NCBI GenBank assembly: GCA_012295275.1
Contig: CM022679.1
Span: 14,570,001-14,634,000 of the forward strand
DNA length: 64,000 bases
Origin: Chrysomallon squamiferum
Lineage: Eukaryota; Animalia; Mollusca
Direction: 5' to 3'
This document shows, in pieces, positions 26,608 to 41,109 of this stretch. The translations under genes and the position numbers were made by a program. Each line of letters begins with the position of its first letter. The first letter of the stretch is position 1. Below the pieces are notes generated by a model that ran no database searches, was not told the origin of the DNA, and worked only from the letters and a program-made list of their open reading frames with translations.

Positions 26608-29600
26608 TACAAAAGGTTAAAGGCGTACGTTGATCAAATGGACTTTGTTTTGCGATAAAGATCGAAGCCTCTGGAGTTAAAATAAAGAAGAGGAATATTC
26701 CTAAGGCGATCTTTGATCTTCTCGGTCGATATAACATCTTTGATAAATGTCATTAGCGGGCTTCGCGTTGTTTTGTTTCCAAATATTTGGTGTTTGCCCT
26801 TGCAGAGCAAGTGACGTTTTTACGCGAACAATGAACGTGATCAGGAACGATTGATTTTCGATTCGCTAATCAGATAATCACGTTACCATTCAGGAAGGGC
26901 GCGTTGTTGGTGTTACTCCTAACTAAAGATAATCATCACATATAAGGCTAAACAATCGAAGAATGATTACAGCGTTCATGTCGCAATCTTTCTCAAAGTT
27001 CGGGTCTCCTGAGTCGGACCCAGCATAAAGATAATGGTGATGAAGGTTGATGATTTACTACAACATTCAAGAGCGGACGCAACATTTCAGAAAAGGGGAG
27101 GACCGCTGTCGTTTTGATGCACATAACCTTCAAGATGAAATAAGTTTAATAATAATGAAGGTCCTATAAAAAGGGAGGGAAAAAAGAGATTGCATGTTTA
27201 TATGCCTGAACCAAATAAATGTATCTTACAAATCCACTAAATAGACATAAATTTTGTTTTTTAACAATAAAAATGAGCCCTGTGAAAGATTATATTTAGT
27301 CCCTAGTAATATTTAAAAAGAAATTGTATTACTGTTACCATTAACTCCAGAGCTATTTTCTCGGATATGAGGTTTAACGCTAACATTACGGTAACAGAAT
27401 AATATTGCTAGGTGGCGTACCTAATTACAACCCATCGACCACGATGACAAACACACTTGAGATGGCTTTGCTGAATATTACTTCATTTCGCGAAAATCAC
27501 TGCTTCATCAGCACATCTTTGCTTTACGTGTACCCTGCAGACATTTTATGGATTTTTCAAACACGTCAATCCACGTTCTGACAGTGCTAGATTAGATCAC
27601 AATGGTACAATTACAGAAGACGATTCTCATAACATTTTAACTTTAGCCATATCTCCGAATCACATACTGACTATAACGAACGACTGTGGTAATTATAAAT
27701 GTTCACTTTTAAATGGTATATTCTAATCTGCAATTAAGAATGAATAAATTAATAAACTTTTTTGTTCTTATCGTAAATCATAACATGTTGTTTCCAAATG
27801 AATTTATGCAACCAAATTAACCTGGGATATTGATATTCCAAGTCCAAAACCTCGTAACAAACAATAATTGGAAAACCTTATTTTTATAGTAGCAATCAGG
27901 ACCATGAAATATTCTTTCAAGTGTAATAACAAATTTGTAATTGGAAATGTTAAAGTTTTGATTTTAGCACCAAATTAATAACAAGAAATTAAGAAATGTT
28001 ACATCGAAATCTTAATTAATAAGTTAATAAATCTCATCTTACAGTCTTTACATGCAAAGTTAGCAATACGAAATTATGGAATATATTACAAGCCTCACTT
28101 TCATAAATATATTTAATTAGGCTCAAGGAAGGTGTGCCTTAAATTTACAAAAGGGTTAGTGACAAGGTGTTAGAACAAGTTGTATGGAATGCCTATATTT
28201 TTTAAATATCTGTTAGAATCACCACTGCTCTATTTCCCTTTAAGAACCAATACGACACGACAGATTATCAAAGGCTGTAATATGTGCTTCCTCATCTGTG
28301 GGAAGGTATATGTTGGCATTTCTCTTTGCTAATCAGTATAAGTGGGTTTCCACAATAAAATAATATTTTCATCCGTATATAAACAAATATTTATCCATTT
28401 ATGAACACCTCAATAGTCAGAGTTAAAGAAATGCAACGCTGAAGACCTTAACGACGTTTCTAATCATAAATAATGAAATGCTGTCCCGTAGTTAACACAA
28501 TAATTAGTAATCAGAGATCGCCGAGTCGATTATTTTGCTCGGCTGGATAATATTAACAACACAACAAGCGTAAATAAAACTGTATGTTCTGTGCTTGTAT
28601 TAAGAATATATTATTAGTGTCATTCAGTATGCATGAACATCAGTGTGTAAATAATTCACGTTAGGTTTGACACACTGTGATTATAATTATTATATCTGAA
28701 TCGATACCTTTCCTTCGTATGATCTATCATTACTGACCTTTTCACTGTACAGGTTACGATACCTCGTGTTTCTGCTAGTCTCTGCATTTCAGAGTAATTA
28801 CAAATCTAAGTAAGATGCTTACATATTATATCTGTTATGTCTGTTATTGATTTGTATTATTTGACAAAAAGAGATTAAATTACGGAGTGGGAGTAATTAA
28901 CTTTTGGCACGCATCGTACAGATAACTGTTCAAGGATGCCAGAAAGTTCTGTACAAATCGCGAAACATGAGTATGTGCGTGAGTGTGTAGGAAAATGATT
29001 AAAAATACTTGTATCAAACTAAACAGGCCTACATTTCGAGGGCGTTAAGCCTCTGATTTCCTCGGAATACAGACTATGTGGGAAAATTACAAAAAAAAAG
29101 AAAAGAAAAAAAGCTGTTTAATCTGTTTGTGATTTGATTTTACACACACAGACAGTTTTCACTTGCATGTATACTTTTAGTTATGCAGATAAATAATGTA
29201 TTACATAACACGTACAGTATAATATTATATAACATTCTATTCACTGCAAAATAATACACATTTAATATGCTATAACGCAATAATACGTAATATGTTTTAC
29301 ACTACAAAACTATATTACATAATAATACTACGTAACATGCTTTGTATTATACATCAAAAACTTTTTGTGCAGTATATTATAATCTATATTAAACTACTAC
29401 TCATATCAAAATTGGTTTAGTTTGTTCCATTATAACCCACAACATAAGCTGGCTGGTGCACTTAACATATGACTAATCAGTATTTTAATAATGCCTAAAT
29501 GTGGAATATTTTTTATGAGGATCTCCAAGGGCAAATAACAATTCAGTGTAATGAGAGCTTGTTAAACACTATAAGAGATCTTAGTAAACACGACAATGTA

Positions 29601-30632
29601 CGTTTCATTCCCTGGGGCAGTTCCGTTAAGAACGAGATATTTGTTATGGAGAGGATTTAGTCTTCTTCTTCAATTTGGCAAGAACGTAAAACTACATCCG
29701 TGTGAAACTTTTATTTTGTTTTAAGGAAGAGAAGGTCAAGGAAGTAAAAGAACGGAAGCCGTAAGCCAAGCACAGATGTTTGATAATATAGTCGTCCGAA
29801 TTTATTATTAAATGTTTTAATTATTATTATTTTTTTTTTACTATTATCGTGGGGTTTGTTCTGTTTTTGGTGTTGTTGTTGCTTTTTGTTATTATTATAA
29901 GTTACATAATAATATACCCTCAGCTATATAGTTACGTAATTACATCCGTAACAAATCAGACAATAAAAGCCTAAACATGAAAGCCGAATAAAAGAAAGAA
30001 ACAAAATATAATATAAATAAATAATAGATAAAAGACTTCTTGTATAAAAAGTAAAAACATTTTATTCATTTTATCAGCTGCGTAGCTGCATTGATTTAAC
30101 CACGAGAAAAACTTTCCAACTAAATTTACTTTTTTCTTTATTTTTCCCCCAGATCCAAACTTCAGACTGCAATTAAAATAATAATATATTATCTATAAAA
30201 GTTGGCATTGCAATAATAACAATTAAAAAATATTTTAGGAATCCAGGGAAAATAAAATGATGGATATAAGTGTCAGTAGCATCTTACATTCATTAATGCC
30301 AGCAAATGGAACCGTAGAAAGGTTTAAATTAAAATATTAAAAATAAAAATACTCAAAACGAACAAACAAACTACAGTGCAGTGTTTTTCATCTGCTGAAC
30401 GTTAAACTGCACGTTTAGTGATATTAAAAAAACAGATAAAATATATTCTGCATATCCCGGTTGTTAACAGATAAAATGGCTGCCTTCAGTTTGTTTTGTA
30501 ACAATATTATTTTATTTTCATATTTAATTATGAGTGATGATAGTCTCCTGAAACAATAAAGTAATGACTACGAAGTGTAATTAATTTTATTAGACAATTA
30601 ATTCGTACCGTCACTTAAGTTATTAAGAAAAC

Positions 30633-30693
<61 letters not shown>

Positions 30694-31684
30694 ACTCAAA
30701 CACGACCAACCCTTGACCTCTACTGTACAAGACAATCTAAAAGAAGAGTACATTAAATTCATCATAAACAGGAAGAACTTGAAAATTGTCGATTAAAATA
30801 ATAAGGACAATGAACTTCATGTAGCTTCTTCAAGTACATGCTCAGCAAACAGTCGATGTCTAAACCGGTATTTTATTTCATCAAACAAACGAACTATCTT
30901 TTCTCTAACAAAGGCCTAATCGGATTCCCATAGATGTAAAAATGTAGAGAGAGAAAAGAAAAAAGGAAAAAAAAAGAAAAAAAGAAAGTTGATAATTCTA
31001 AACTCGTTGTTTTAATTTCCTTATGTCAGAACAGCGAAAGACTGCATTACGACTTGAGCGTGGGCAAGAGACTCAGAAGTTCTAACCCGCAGGCGTCCGA
31101 GTTCAGATGAAAGGCAAAACATGCAATTATAGAAGATAAACTCATTAAAGTAGAGGAAGAACACACGCCACAGAAGACATATAATTTCTTGGTTATCGGT
31201 AAGCGATGTGACACGGCAAACTGTAATTATTTGGTTGCGTACAGCCTCGAAGAAGAAGAAGAAAAATAAAATAAAAATAAACAGAAGGAGGAAAAAGGCG
31301 AAGAGAAATATGTATTAAAATCTCCTTTCTTCTTACTTGTATTAATATTTTGATGATGTAAATAAATAAATAAATGCAGTATAGCAGCAGAAGAGGAACG
31401 ACAACAAGATCAAACAAATTTAAATGAAGTTATTATTTTTATTATCTCAACACATCTAAATGTTAACAGTTAAAAGGTATCATTATTGGCGTTGAATAAT
31501 TGTGACATTTTGTGAGTGAGCATTAAGATATCTTTCAACTTTTACATCTGAATGTCTCTTTAAACATCTGATCTGTTGTATGTACAAAACAGAAAACAAC
31601 CCAGTGCACACAGAGAGGGCAATGAAAACTTCAGATGAAAGTCATATTTTATTTCAGTGCAATCACCAACAACGATCGCCTGTA

Positions 31685-32015
31685 GCATAAGTGATCGTAC
31701 AAATAAGTGATCGTAACAGATCATACAAGTAAACAGTCGTAAAAGATTCTGCAAGTAAATGATAGCATGGAATCCTGCAAATAAGTGATCGTAGGAGATC
31801 CTGCAAATAAGCGATTGTAAATGATCCTGCATGCAAGCAATCGTTGGAAGTCTTGCAAGTGAATAATCCGAAGAGATCGTAACAGATCCTGCAAATACTT
31901 GGTTATGAATGATCCTTCTAGTAGTGAGTGATCGTAAGAGATCATACAACTAAACAGTGGTGAGAGAGTCTCCTCTTAAGTGATCGTAAATGATCTGCAA
32001 GTAAGTGATCGTAAA
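31685..32015. repeat. Degenerate minisatellite, ~26-bp unit, about 12 copies
   Basis: Consensus approximately AAGTGATCGTAACAGATCCTGCAAAT. Confidence 0.85.
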
Positions 32016-35000
32016 GAAATGTCGGTGGTATCATAATTAAAGAAGAATGAAGGATGCTGACTATTCAAGACCCTAACAGGTTATTTAGCGGATTGAACGA
32101 GCATAATTTTCTTTCACCTGTCTTCCACGATTTACTCGTGCACGAGAATTACTACCTAGATACAATATTTGAAAGCACGGGATTTAATTCCTGTTATTTA
32201 ACTATAACAGTGTTGAAAATACAACAAAACAAACTGTGACAATTTATATTAATTATCGACTTTTCAATTATCACACTTCACGTACTGGAAGTTTTTCTTT
32301 TTAAAAATCGCTCAACACTTTAACGTTGATGGCAATTTCTGCAGTATCTTTTATGTTTTACGTTCAACAAATCAATTAATACGTTAATGCTTCCTTTCAC
32401 TAAAAATGTGTTTTATGTATCCTTTGTATTTTGATGTTCAAAACGTTAGTAGCTTGGAAAATATTTGTATTAATTTATTTCTTAATCATATTGGAACTCG
32501 GAATAATAGACGAATCTGCATAATCAGGGAAAAGACTCGAACGAATTACTGCACAATTTGTTTCCTGAAAATGTCTATAGATTCGATTAAGAATGAACAA
32601 TACGGAGAACCTGTACGTACGCTGAAGTTTACAAAGTTGCTTTTATTCCACATAATGGAACAGATGTGACCTTTAAATAATAAAATCCTAGATGCTAATT
32701 ACAAATGCGTGAAAAGTCTGGAAGTACAAATCGAAATTAGGTACGGATAAACTTTTTATTAATGGTGTTCATATATTTTTTGCTTAAGCGTACGTGCAAA
32801 AATGATGTCAGATCATGCAAAAACTATACAAATTCTTAATGAAAAGAACGACATAAAGACATAAATTTTAATTTAATTTTTTTTAAATATACACTGCTAC
32901 ATATATACACACGCACATACACACAGATACATATATATAAACGTACGCACCACTGAAAACACACAAACATACGTTCGTACGTACACATACATATGTACTC
33001 ACTATTACATAATCATTCACACACACCCATACATACATACATACTACACACATACACAGACATACATACATACATAGATAATACATACATATGCATATAC
33101 ATATACATATATACATATATATATACATACACCCAGATACATCCATGCACACTGATAAATATCTGAAACTATTGCCTATATAAATACTGTAGATAAATAT
33201 GAAACTGGATGACAGTCCTGATGCGCTGTTTTGCCACATTTCCACACGAACAGCTTCGAAAGACACGAATGACCAGCTGGAAATGAGTGCTGGAAATCCG
33301 TGGTCATCCAATTTGTCCGGCAGATTTACGGCCAGTTTCGGATTGCTCTGAATCACCATGCAGAGATAGGGAATATCTATTGCAGTAATGCGTTCATTAA
33401 TATCTTTGTAAATATAGAATGCAAATGTTGGAAAAAGCAATCAATAGTTGTGATGACTGGCAATGAGATTATATTTTGTCGTTACATGGTACTGATGTCG
33501 TTTATCCTTCTCTATTAGCGAAAATGTTGGACAAAAGGCGAGCCAGCTGAAAGCTTTTAGAAACAGCTGTCCAAACGTGAAATGAAGCAGAGGAATAGGA
33601 AGGAGAGATAAACATCAAAATACAGAGATCATTGCCGTCCTTAAAAGATAATTAATTGTAATTATTTATCTATTTTTTGCTGCTGCCATTTTATCCATTT
33701 GCATACTTACGAAGAGATATGGAGTGAATGAGAGAGAATCTTTGATTCAGCGAGCTCTTAAATGTTTCTGTTGTTAAGAGTTTAATTATGCCGGTGATTG
33801 CACTTTCGTGTCGTTGTTTGGCTTGTCAGTATGATAGCATATTTTAATTGCTCACTGACATCTAAGCGGAGCGAAAGATCAAGTGTTAATTTATTTGATC
33901 ATGATTCTGAACATCGTCGCTATCATCACCATCACCACCATCACCACAATCATCACCAACACTGCTGTCGTCGCCGTTATCACCACCGTCGTTATTATTA
34001 TCGTTCGTTCCCTCCAACTACTCCTTGGTATACTTTCCTGTTTGTGAGAAGGTGCGTACAGCGGAGAGAAAATTCATGCGTTAATTTAGTTAATGGTCAT
34101 ATTAAATATCACCACCGATATCTCCATTATCATCATCAATGTTGTTGTTCATTCAGTTAATACAGTCAGTGCTCCATGGATGATTTATCAAAGACTTTGG
34201 CGTCTTGGGATTTTATGGGAAGGTGCATGCAGGGGAAAGATAGTTAAAGTGCTACTTTATTTGATCAAAAGCCAGAACGTCATCACTACCACCACCACCA
34301 CCATTATCATCATCATCACCATTATTATTATTATTATAATTGCTTAGCCAGTAATCCACAGTTTGTTTATCAGAGTCTTTGATAAAAAAAAAAAAAATAA
34401 TAATAACAAAATTAAAACTTCAAATAATAACTTAAAAAATCACTTTCTGAAAAACAGAAGGAGGTGATGAGATAGAATCAGAGATTTTAGTCCAAACTTT
34501 ACACAAGAAAGAAGATTCTTATTAACTGTTAATAATAAAACAGCTGGAGATGTTATAAACTATAAACACGCAGATTTCTTTTTTTGGGGGTGGGGGCAGT
34601 TTTTTAATAAACAATGCTTTTATCATGAAGGAAAGAAGAAAATAAAAGGATAAATATAATTTAATTATAGAACATAGTTTTTAATATCTAAAGCAAAAAC
34701 TTTATGTTAAAAAATAATGATAATAATAAACTAATAATAATAATAATAATAATAAAATACAACAACAACAAAAAGAAGGAAAAAAACAATAACGAAATAA
34801 ACAACAACAGTACAGCCTTCATGGCGATATTATTTAAAAATAGTATGTTTTGTTTTGTTCTGTTTTGTCCTCGCTCGAGTTCCGAGCTACGGCTTCTTAT
34901 AAACCGAACATTTCAGCGTCCTTGCCTTCTGGGCTACAAAATTTCATGTTTTTCTTCGAAACTCTCGTATTTTGACAAACACATTTTGATGTTTTTAATA

Positions 35001-35376
35001 ACACAAGCGTGTAAATCGATTTTATCAAGAAACCACCTCATCATTTAACCAGCTTACAACGAATCATCGGTATTACATAAAACAGATTCCGTATTAACGC
35101 AGGGGAATACGGGTTAGGCTATGATCATTTCTTGATCGTCAGAGCGTTGACTTTTCTCGTAATTAAATAGTATTTACCTTGATCGGCTAAGAACTGGACA
35201 CGCGATATCTGACGTGCGTCATTCGTGTTTGGCGAATTAAACCTGTGTAATCATGCACACCTAACAAGCTCGTTTATATAACATGATCTTTCTTACAGTA
35301 ACCAATCAGATATTTGAATCTGACGCCTGAAAAACAGCTTTATTAATATTACGATAAGTGAAGTTTCGTGGAGAAG

Positions 35377-35467
<91 letters not shown>

Positions 35468-35547
35468 GGTGGTGGTAGAAGTAGTAGTAGAAATAGCAGC
35501 AGCAGTGGTAGTATTAATGATGATGACCGATTATTTATTGGTAAAAA

Positions 35548-35595
<48 letters not shown>

Positions 35596-36040
35596 CATCA
35601 TTATCATCATCATCGTCATCATCATCACCAACATTAGTCATAACAATAACGATGATTTTGTGGATAATTAGAAATTGATTATTATGACGATATTCCTGTT
35701 TGAATATTTTTCCGTTTACTAATATTTAACTGAACAAAAAAAAAAAAAAAAGAATTTCTGCCAATGAATTCGATCTTCGTAAAACAGCCAAAGTCAAATA
35801 AACAGCTAAATACTTATGATTCAGATGTCAATACTTTTACATCTGTGTTACTTAGCTAATTAAAAACACAATAGACACAGAATGTCCATTAGGAGACAGC
35901 ACACCCCAAAAAGTCAAGATCAATAGATCTGAACAAAAAACAATTTATTTACTTCTAGTCTTTAGCGCCATATTAAACATCGATAATTTGGTCTAATCTA
36001 TAAAGAGTTCTAGAGTTTTTTGGAAAGTGGATAATAATAA

Positions 36041-36071
<31 letters not shown>

Positions 36072-39044
36072 AAGAAGAAGAAGAAGAAGAATATTATTGT
36101 TGTTGTTGTTGCTCGTTGCTGTTGTGTCGTTGTCATTATTATCGTCATTATTATTATTATTAATATTATAAACCAGTACAAAATGAATTGCAGTGCTTCT
36201 TAAACTACTGAACGATTTAATTAAAGGTGAATTAAACTATAAAGAACAGCAAAACGAAATTGACTAAAAACGTTAGGGTGTTTAGACGCTGATGAATGCA
36301 ATTTTGGGATAAAGACTCCAGGCCAAATGTTACTAAAATAGTTCAAGAAAATCTCGTCCAGTTTTTGGTTATGCAAAATGCACGGGCGCTCAGAGTAAGA
36401 AGATAACTACCTCGGTGTCTTCTGATTTAGGAAGACTGAGAAATCTATGCTGAAGTGGAATAAAATCACAGTTATATTTCAGAGTCCTTCCTTTAATTTT
36501 ATTAAAAAGAATGGTTGTAGTGAGATCACACACTTAGAAATAAAAGTTAGATATGTAATAATCCATGTTTGACTGACATCTTATTACCATTAATACTACT
36601 ACCACACCACCACAGCCCCTACTGCTACTATTACTACTACTACCACAAGCGCCTCTACTACTATTACTGTAACAACTACTTGTTAAATTATTACAACTGC
36701 TGTTTAGTACCACGTGTTAGTACCAAAATTGCTGTTGCTGCTCCTAATAATACTAATACTATTACTCCAGGAGCTGATTTTCAAAAGAGAGCTTGAAAAC
36801 TGATGAGTGGTTACAGACAAAGAAATAATTAATTCATAAAATAAGGAAGTATGTATCAAATATAGTCTTGCATGAATGGTTAAAACAGTTTTAGCAGCTT
36901 CTCAGAACTGATATTATTGACATTTCCAAAAGAATTATGGACTACTCATCATTTAGGCGCCATTTTCAAAATGGCCGCCATTGGATTCTAATAGTGACTG
37001 TCTCTTTGTTGTATCTCATTTCAATGTCTTTCCTAAATTTTGTGGATTCTAATAAAAACATGTCTGCATTGATAAAGCATTCTAATTTGCATAAATCTCA
37101 GAAACAAAATAAAAACTAGAATCATCATTTTTGCGACTTTGGGTTGAAGAAAGATCTTAATATTACTGTTTTGTCAGATGTTTCACAGGTTAAAAAGAAA
37201 CAAATAAATTTAAAATTAAAATAGACGTCTCTTACAAGTATTACACGGAGGAAAGGAGAAGATGAAAATAAAGTATATATTAATCATTTAAGCTCTTTTT
37301 TTTTTTTACATTTTGAATCATACTACCCCAATATTTCTATTTCTTTTTAAAAGAGGTTTTCCAAAATGAACGCGCCAAGCAGTTTATTGGCATGATATTA
37401 TTTATTTAGCGATTTGTCAGTTGGCTTCATTAATTTCTCCTTATGATGATCATAAAAGCTAAATGAGAAAACAAAGTTAGACATGATCAGAAAGAACAAT
37501 GCTGCACTTCAGAAAAGCTAATTTTCATTTCAATGTTACGTATATTACGATTTACCAGCCCACACGCATCTTTTTTCCATCGGTTCCATTAAGCCAGAAC
37601 ATTTTTCTCTTTTGTCGATAAGCAAAAGAAGTCGCCGCAGCATAAACAGCATAATCTGACTGGTCTTTTCCTAGTCTTGATTAACGAGGTTTTCCCCTAC
37701 TTTGCTCGAAAGCTTTTCTCTCGAGTCCGATGCCTATGATGGAACACTTGGGGACGTGCTAGAAGCCGGACTCACGGTTCAAGTGTCTGAAATCACACTG
37801 TATGTAATTTTCTCAGTGTCGCTGTCCAGACGATGTTAGCGCCTGAAGCGAACACACACAGAAAGACCAGTTAATGATTTTTCTATAGACCCGTTATAGG
37901 ATTTCTTTGTTACTTAGTCATGCTGTTTTCTTTAATATGAACCTTGCAAATAAAGTTATTTTATAATTGTCATATTCGCGGAAATTTAAAAAAAGGAAAA
38001 AAGAAAAAAAGAAAAAAAGAAAAGAAAAGAAAGCGGATATATTAATCTTAATAATATTAATCATATTAAAAAGCAGTTTCAAAAATGATGAATTGGATTT
38101 GAATCGGATGTTGAACTTTTCACCACTTGGGTAGTAAGTTTAAAATATTTGACTATCTGTCATGTTGAAAATTTTGAATACCGCTTTACATGAATTAAAC
38201 AACATTCGATTTAAATGTGTATCTGGGCGTATGTTTGTGCGTGTTTGTCTGTTTGTGTGTGTGCGTGCGTACGAGCGTATGTACGGGTTATATGTGAATT
38301 AATTAGTTTTAATTAAATTCTTATTATTATTACATAATAGTTTAAAACTCTCGAATAAATACGTATCTGATCTTTTTTTGTATCAGTTCTGATGTTAAAT
38401 TACACAGAAGAAGAAGAAAAAAAAAAGACTGGCAGAAATATGGTGACCTTTACTCTTAAATCAGCGGATGGCCTAATCGCAAATGTAAACATGAAACTAT
38501 GTTATAAATTATTATTTTTATCATATATTTTTTTTTAACTTGTTGATTGAAAATAAGGAAATCACTGATAAAAGCAGGTGCATATAAAGTACAACTTGAT
38601 ATCAGTTCATGTTTATAAATACATTTTTTTAAAAGAAGAAGATTGTACATACAAAATAAATTACGTTATAGCACAGAGAGAAAACCTTTTAACAAACACG
38701 AAATTTAATCATGCAACTCTAATATAAATTACGTTATAGGACAAAGATGAAATTTAAACTCGAAATCATTTTGCAAATTACATTACAAAAGAAAGACAAA
38801 ACCTTTTGAGAAATACAAATTATAAACTTGTAATCAGTCATGTTACTTGGTACCAGCCATTAAATTTTATCCGGCAAATCTGGGACCGAAATTCATCTGG
38901 TTTTCTGAACCATGGTTTAATATATAATATTTAAAATATAAAATAAAAAGTGATTAGTAAAGAACAAAACTTATTTAACAGATGCTAATGTTTCTGTAAT
39001 TCCGAATTTCTTGAAGCCGGATACATAATCTGGTGCCTGTACTA

Positions 39045-39435
39045 ATTACGTTACAATACAAAGAGAAAACCCTTTGGCCAATACGAAATTCAAACTTGTA
39101 ATGAATGATGTTATAAATCATATTACAATACAAAGAGAAAACCCTTTGACCAATACGAAATTCAAACTTGTAATGAATGATGTTATAAATCATATTACAA
39201 TACAAAGCGAAAAGCTTTTGACTAAAACGAAATTCAAACTTGTAATGAATGATGTTATAAATTATATTAAAATACAAAGAGAAAAGCTTTTGACCAATAC
39301 GAAATTCAAACTTGTAATGAATGATGTTATAAATTATGTTACACTACAAAAAGAAATCTTTCGACCAATAAGAAATTCAAACTTGTAATGATTTTACATT
39401 ACAACAGAAAGAAAAATTTGTTTTGACAAATAAGG
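39045..39435. repeat. Minisatellite, 72-bp unit, about 5 copies (older degenerate copies at ~38650-38845)
   Basis: ACAATACAAAGAGAAAACCCTTTGACCAATACGAAATTCAAACTTGTAATGAATGATGTTATAAATCATATT recurs at 39053, 39125, 39197 and onward. Confidence 0.93.
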
Positions 39436-39483
39436 AAACAACGTAATGACGGGTGTGTGAAAAAAAAGCGACGACAGACTCAC

Positions 39484-39568
39484 CTGCAGACATGGGTCTC
39501 TTCAAGCTAGTGTCGTCTCTGGAGTCTGTGGAGAGCTGTTCCGCAGAAGCGCTGATGCCAGTTCCCAT
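39484..39568 (-). CDS. PALD1: Paladin coding exon 1 (MGTGISASAEQLSTDSRDDTSLKRPMSA); full exon 39484-39648
   Basis: ATG context gtcATGG. The MGxxxS myristoylation pattern resembles human paladin MGTTAS. Donor CAG|GTGAGT is phase 1 and joins exon 2 in frame. Upstream acceptor ttctatcttcag| at 39648. Confidence 0.8.
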
Positions 39569-39801
39569 GACGTTTGATAGTGCAGGCTGGCTCCTACTGA
39601 CATCGGCGGCGCTTTGTTGACGTCGTACGTCTGATGCCGACAACTTGTCTGAAGATAGAACGCAAACAGATTGTGATAAAGTTAAAATAAAATCAATATT
39701 ACACTGCCTGCAATGATGAAGGTGCGCATTTCGCTTAGGAACACAAGACTACGTATGATAATAATAGTGTTATGTCGATTGTGAAAGCTTCTACCAAGTT
39801 C

Positions 39802-39953
<152 letters not shown>

Positions 39954-40510
39954 GAAATTTCTTTTTGTAATGATATTACGAGTAATGTGGATGAAGCTAT
40001 ACGAAAGAAAGACCAAAACTGCTAAGTGCACGATGGTTAGTACAGAATATAAATAAATAAATAATTTGGTTATAATAAAGAAAAGTTAAAAGCTTCCAGT
40101 ATTTCTTGTAGAGCCTTGGCAGAGTTGATTATTATTTACTTTCAGTTACATATTATTCTTCATTTCAGAAATAACTGAAGCTGGTTTCTTTTGTGACTGT
40201 TATTGGAGTCACTCAATTTGATTTAGAAAAGTATAGATTTACAATACTAAAGCTATAAAGAATTCAGAACTAGTAGTCACATCCCACCGCTTAAGCGTAT
40301 TACTAGGTATTTTTGCTAGCTTTGTGTAAATGAAAAAAAAAAAAGATTTTTTTTTTTTAAATGTCCTCTTTAAAAATTAAAAATAAAGGTTAAAAAGAAC
40401 GAAAGAAAGAAATTAAGAAAAGAATCACGAGAAAAAAAACAGATTTTTGTTTTTGTTAAATTATTTTATTTTTTATATTTTTAATTTTGCACTTTGTTTT
40501 ATTTATGTGG

Positions 40511-40546
<36 letters not shown>

Positions 40547-41049
40547 TAAAATATTTAACATAATGATTCATTAAGAACAAGTATATCTTGACTAAAGATC
40601 TCTTCTCTTCTGCCTTAGGAAACAGTAAGTGAATTATTGCATTCATTAGCTTGGTTAATTACAGACTGCAAAACTGTATTAACAGTTTGACACATCTCGC
40701 ACATAAATTTGTCTGTCGTTTCGTACGACCGTACATCGTCGTAAGTTATCAGAACTAATGCAGTCACTTTCCATCTCTGTAATATTTATTACGTCAAAAT
40801 TGCTGGGGCTCGAAATTAAAAGATGATATCACTGTCTGTGGCTGGTATCATACAGACAATCTTCGTTTTGGGCAAGTGATGTATTTAGATGAGTGTAATA
40901 CTTGTATTAACTTAGAAAATGTGACAATACGCCATCTACACGTAGACTGATATCCTGTCTAATATATATATAACAGCGAAAAAACCAAGTGCGAATTATT
41001 GATATCAGCCTTTAGGAGAGAAGGAGAGATGATGATGATGATGATGATG

Positions 41050-41109
<60 letters not shown>

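Noticed and set aside
32883-33518. 185-aa minus-strand ORF and overlapping plus-strand ORF
   Set aside because: The C-terminal half is (TA/CA)n-derived, and the unique part has no recognisable motif or phase-compatible splice sites.
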